A stretch of DNA of 47,586 nucleotides, taken from assembly GCA_038893995.1 (NCBI GenBank), contig JAWAQK010000015.1:1-47586 (forward strand), given 5' to 3'. Every line of letters begins with the position of its first letter. Position 1 is the stretch's first letter. Source of the stretch: Candidatus Thorarchaeota archaeon (GTDB lineage: Archaea; Asgardarchaeota; Thorarchaeia; Thorarchaeales; Thorarchaeaceae). A program made the translations under genes and the position numbers. This document shows, one piece after another, positions 46,539-47,586 of the stretch. The notes beneath the pieces are model-generated. The model saw nothing but the letters and a program-made list of their open reading frames with translations. It was not told where the DNA came from and searched no databases.

Positions 46539-46622
46539 ATTTCATTCACCAGTCCATGGGGATGAATCCTCCAAGGCGACTCGGAGTTTCGTTTGACCCA
46601 TGAAAGGGTGAGGTGTACAGAA
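46539..46622 (+). ncRNA. Candidate H/ACA-like K-turn hairpin (guide RNA or cis-regulatory leader)
   Basis: Stem CATGGG/CCCATG, GAU bulge with tandem GA/GA, internal pocket, lower stem, and ACA 14 nt after the upper stem. Confidence 0.5.
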
Positions 46623-46623
46623 C

Positions 46624-46899
46624 ATGGGCGTGTTCGAAGTCGGAAGAGTCTGTGTGAAGACAATGGGCCGCGAGACAGGTTCATACTGCGTGATTGTTGA
46701 CAGGGCGGACGACAACTTTGTGACAATAACGGGACCAAAGCCTCTATCCAGCGTGCGAAGGAGAAGATGCAACATCAAGCATCTCGAGCCACTCGATATT
46801 GTAATATCGATCAGCAGCGGCGCTGACGATGACTCCGTGATGAAAGCAGTCGAACAGGCGGGTCTGACCGATAGATTCCGTACCAAGATAAGACTGTGA
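46624..46899 (+). CDS. rpl14e: 50S ribosomal protein eL14
   Basis: EVGRVCVKTMGRE.G..CVIVD, RRRCNIKHLEP. Confidence 0.96.
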   Translation: MGVFEVGRVCVKTMGRETGSYCVIVDRADDNFVTITGPKPLSSVRRRRCNIKHLEPLDIVISISSGADDDSVMKAVEQAGLTDRFRTKIRL

Positions 46900-46929
46900 C
46901 CCCTACCTCAAACGGTGGGAAGATGACGG

Positions 46930-47586
46930 ATGAAGGGTATCTTGCCTTCCGATAGACCTCGTGAGGTCTTGGTCAAGGCACACGACACGACTGATCCCAA
47001 GTACGGGTTCAACTCGCTGGACAACCTACCCATGGAGTATCTCCTTAACAACTCGGTGATCGTACTTGACAAGCCGCCAGGTCCAACAAGCCACGAGGTC
47101 GCTGCGTGGGTTCGTAAGATTCTTGGGGTTAGCAAAGCAGGGCATTCGGGGACGCTTGATCCTGCAGTTTCCGGGATCCTGCCAATCGGGATAGGGACTG
47201 CAACGCGGGCGATGCAGGCACTACTGCCTGCCGGGAAGGAGTACGTCTGCGTGATGGAGCTTCACTCGGCGGTTGCTGAAGATCGGATACGAGAGGTCGT
47301 TGAGGAATTCACAGGCAAGATATACCAGAGACCGCCGCTGAAGTCATCAGTAAAGCGGGTCGTCAGGGTGAGAGAGATCTACTACGACGAAGTACTGGAG
47401 ATCCAGGACAGACTTGTGCTGATGCGGATAGGTTGTGAGGCAGGCACCTATGTCCGCAAGCTGTGTTACGACATCGGGGAGGTGCTTGGAGTCGGAGCGC
47501 ATATGAAGCAACTCAGGAGAACCCGAGTCGGGATCCTGCGCGAGGATGACCACTTGTGCAAGCTTCACGACCTCAAGGATGCATAC
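46930..47586 (+). CDS. cbf5: RNA-guided pseudouridine synthase Cbf5 (partial, runs off the right edge)
   Basis: Read by hand: LDKPPGPTSHEV, GHSGTLDPAVSG, KEYVC, IYQRPP..S.VKR, CEAGTYVRKL. Confidence 0.96.
   Translation, partial: MKGILPSDRPREVLVKAHDTTDPKYGFNSLDNLPMEYLLNNSVIVLDKPPGPTSHEVAAWVRKILGVSKAGHSGTLDPAVSGILPIGIGTATRAMQALLPAGKEYVCVMELHSAVAEDRIREVVEEFTGKIYQRPPLKSSVKRVVRVREIYYDEVLEIQDRLVLMRIGCEAGTYVRKLCYDIGEVLGVGAHMKQLRRTRVGILREDDHLCKLHDLKDAY

Noticed and set aside
46387-46929. tRNA gene near cmk/eL14/cbf5
   Set aside because: No cloverleaf or T-loop GTTCRA with an acceptor stem was found

Overview
Archaeal chromosomal window, most likely from an Asgard archaeon of Thorarchaeia type. The taxonomy is inferred from the archaeal informational genes, a stand-alone roadblock/LC7 protein, a Get3-type ATPase and long ribosomal-protein extensions. 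The left ~32 kb is a mixed housekeeping region: two TFB paralogues, LeuRS, EndA, UppP, a Get3/ArsA-family ATPase, Rpo12, aIF1/SUI1, MAP2, GGGPS, HdrA, MobA, HypD, Fe-S proteins and hypotheticals. The right ~15 kb is the S10/spc ribosomal superoperon, running from uL22 to secY-adk-EMC3/TMCO1-eL34-cmk-eL14-cbf5 (partial), with an Hsp20 gene inserted. No rRNA, tRNA, CRISPR or mobile element was recognised. Several genes missing from the ORF track were read by hand: Rpo12, uS14, Cbf5, two membrane micropeptides and the full aIF1. The best leads are three. (1) An H/ACA-guide-like K-turn hairpin with a correctly spaced ACA box overlaps the ribosome-binding site of the eL14-cbf5 unit, a possible Cbf5/L7Ae feedback element or guide RNA. 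(2) aIF1/SUI1 has no in-frame ATG/GTG/TTG before its conserved N-terminus and probably starts at CTG, suggesting autoregulation. (3) A 34-aa tail-anchor-like micropeptide is translationally coupled to the Get3/TRC40 homologue.
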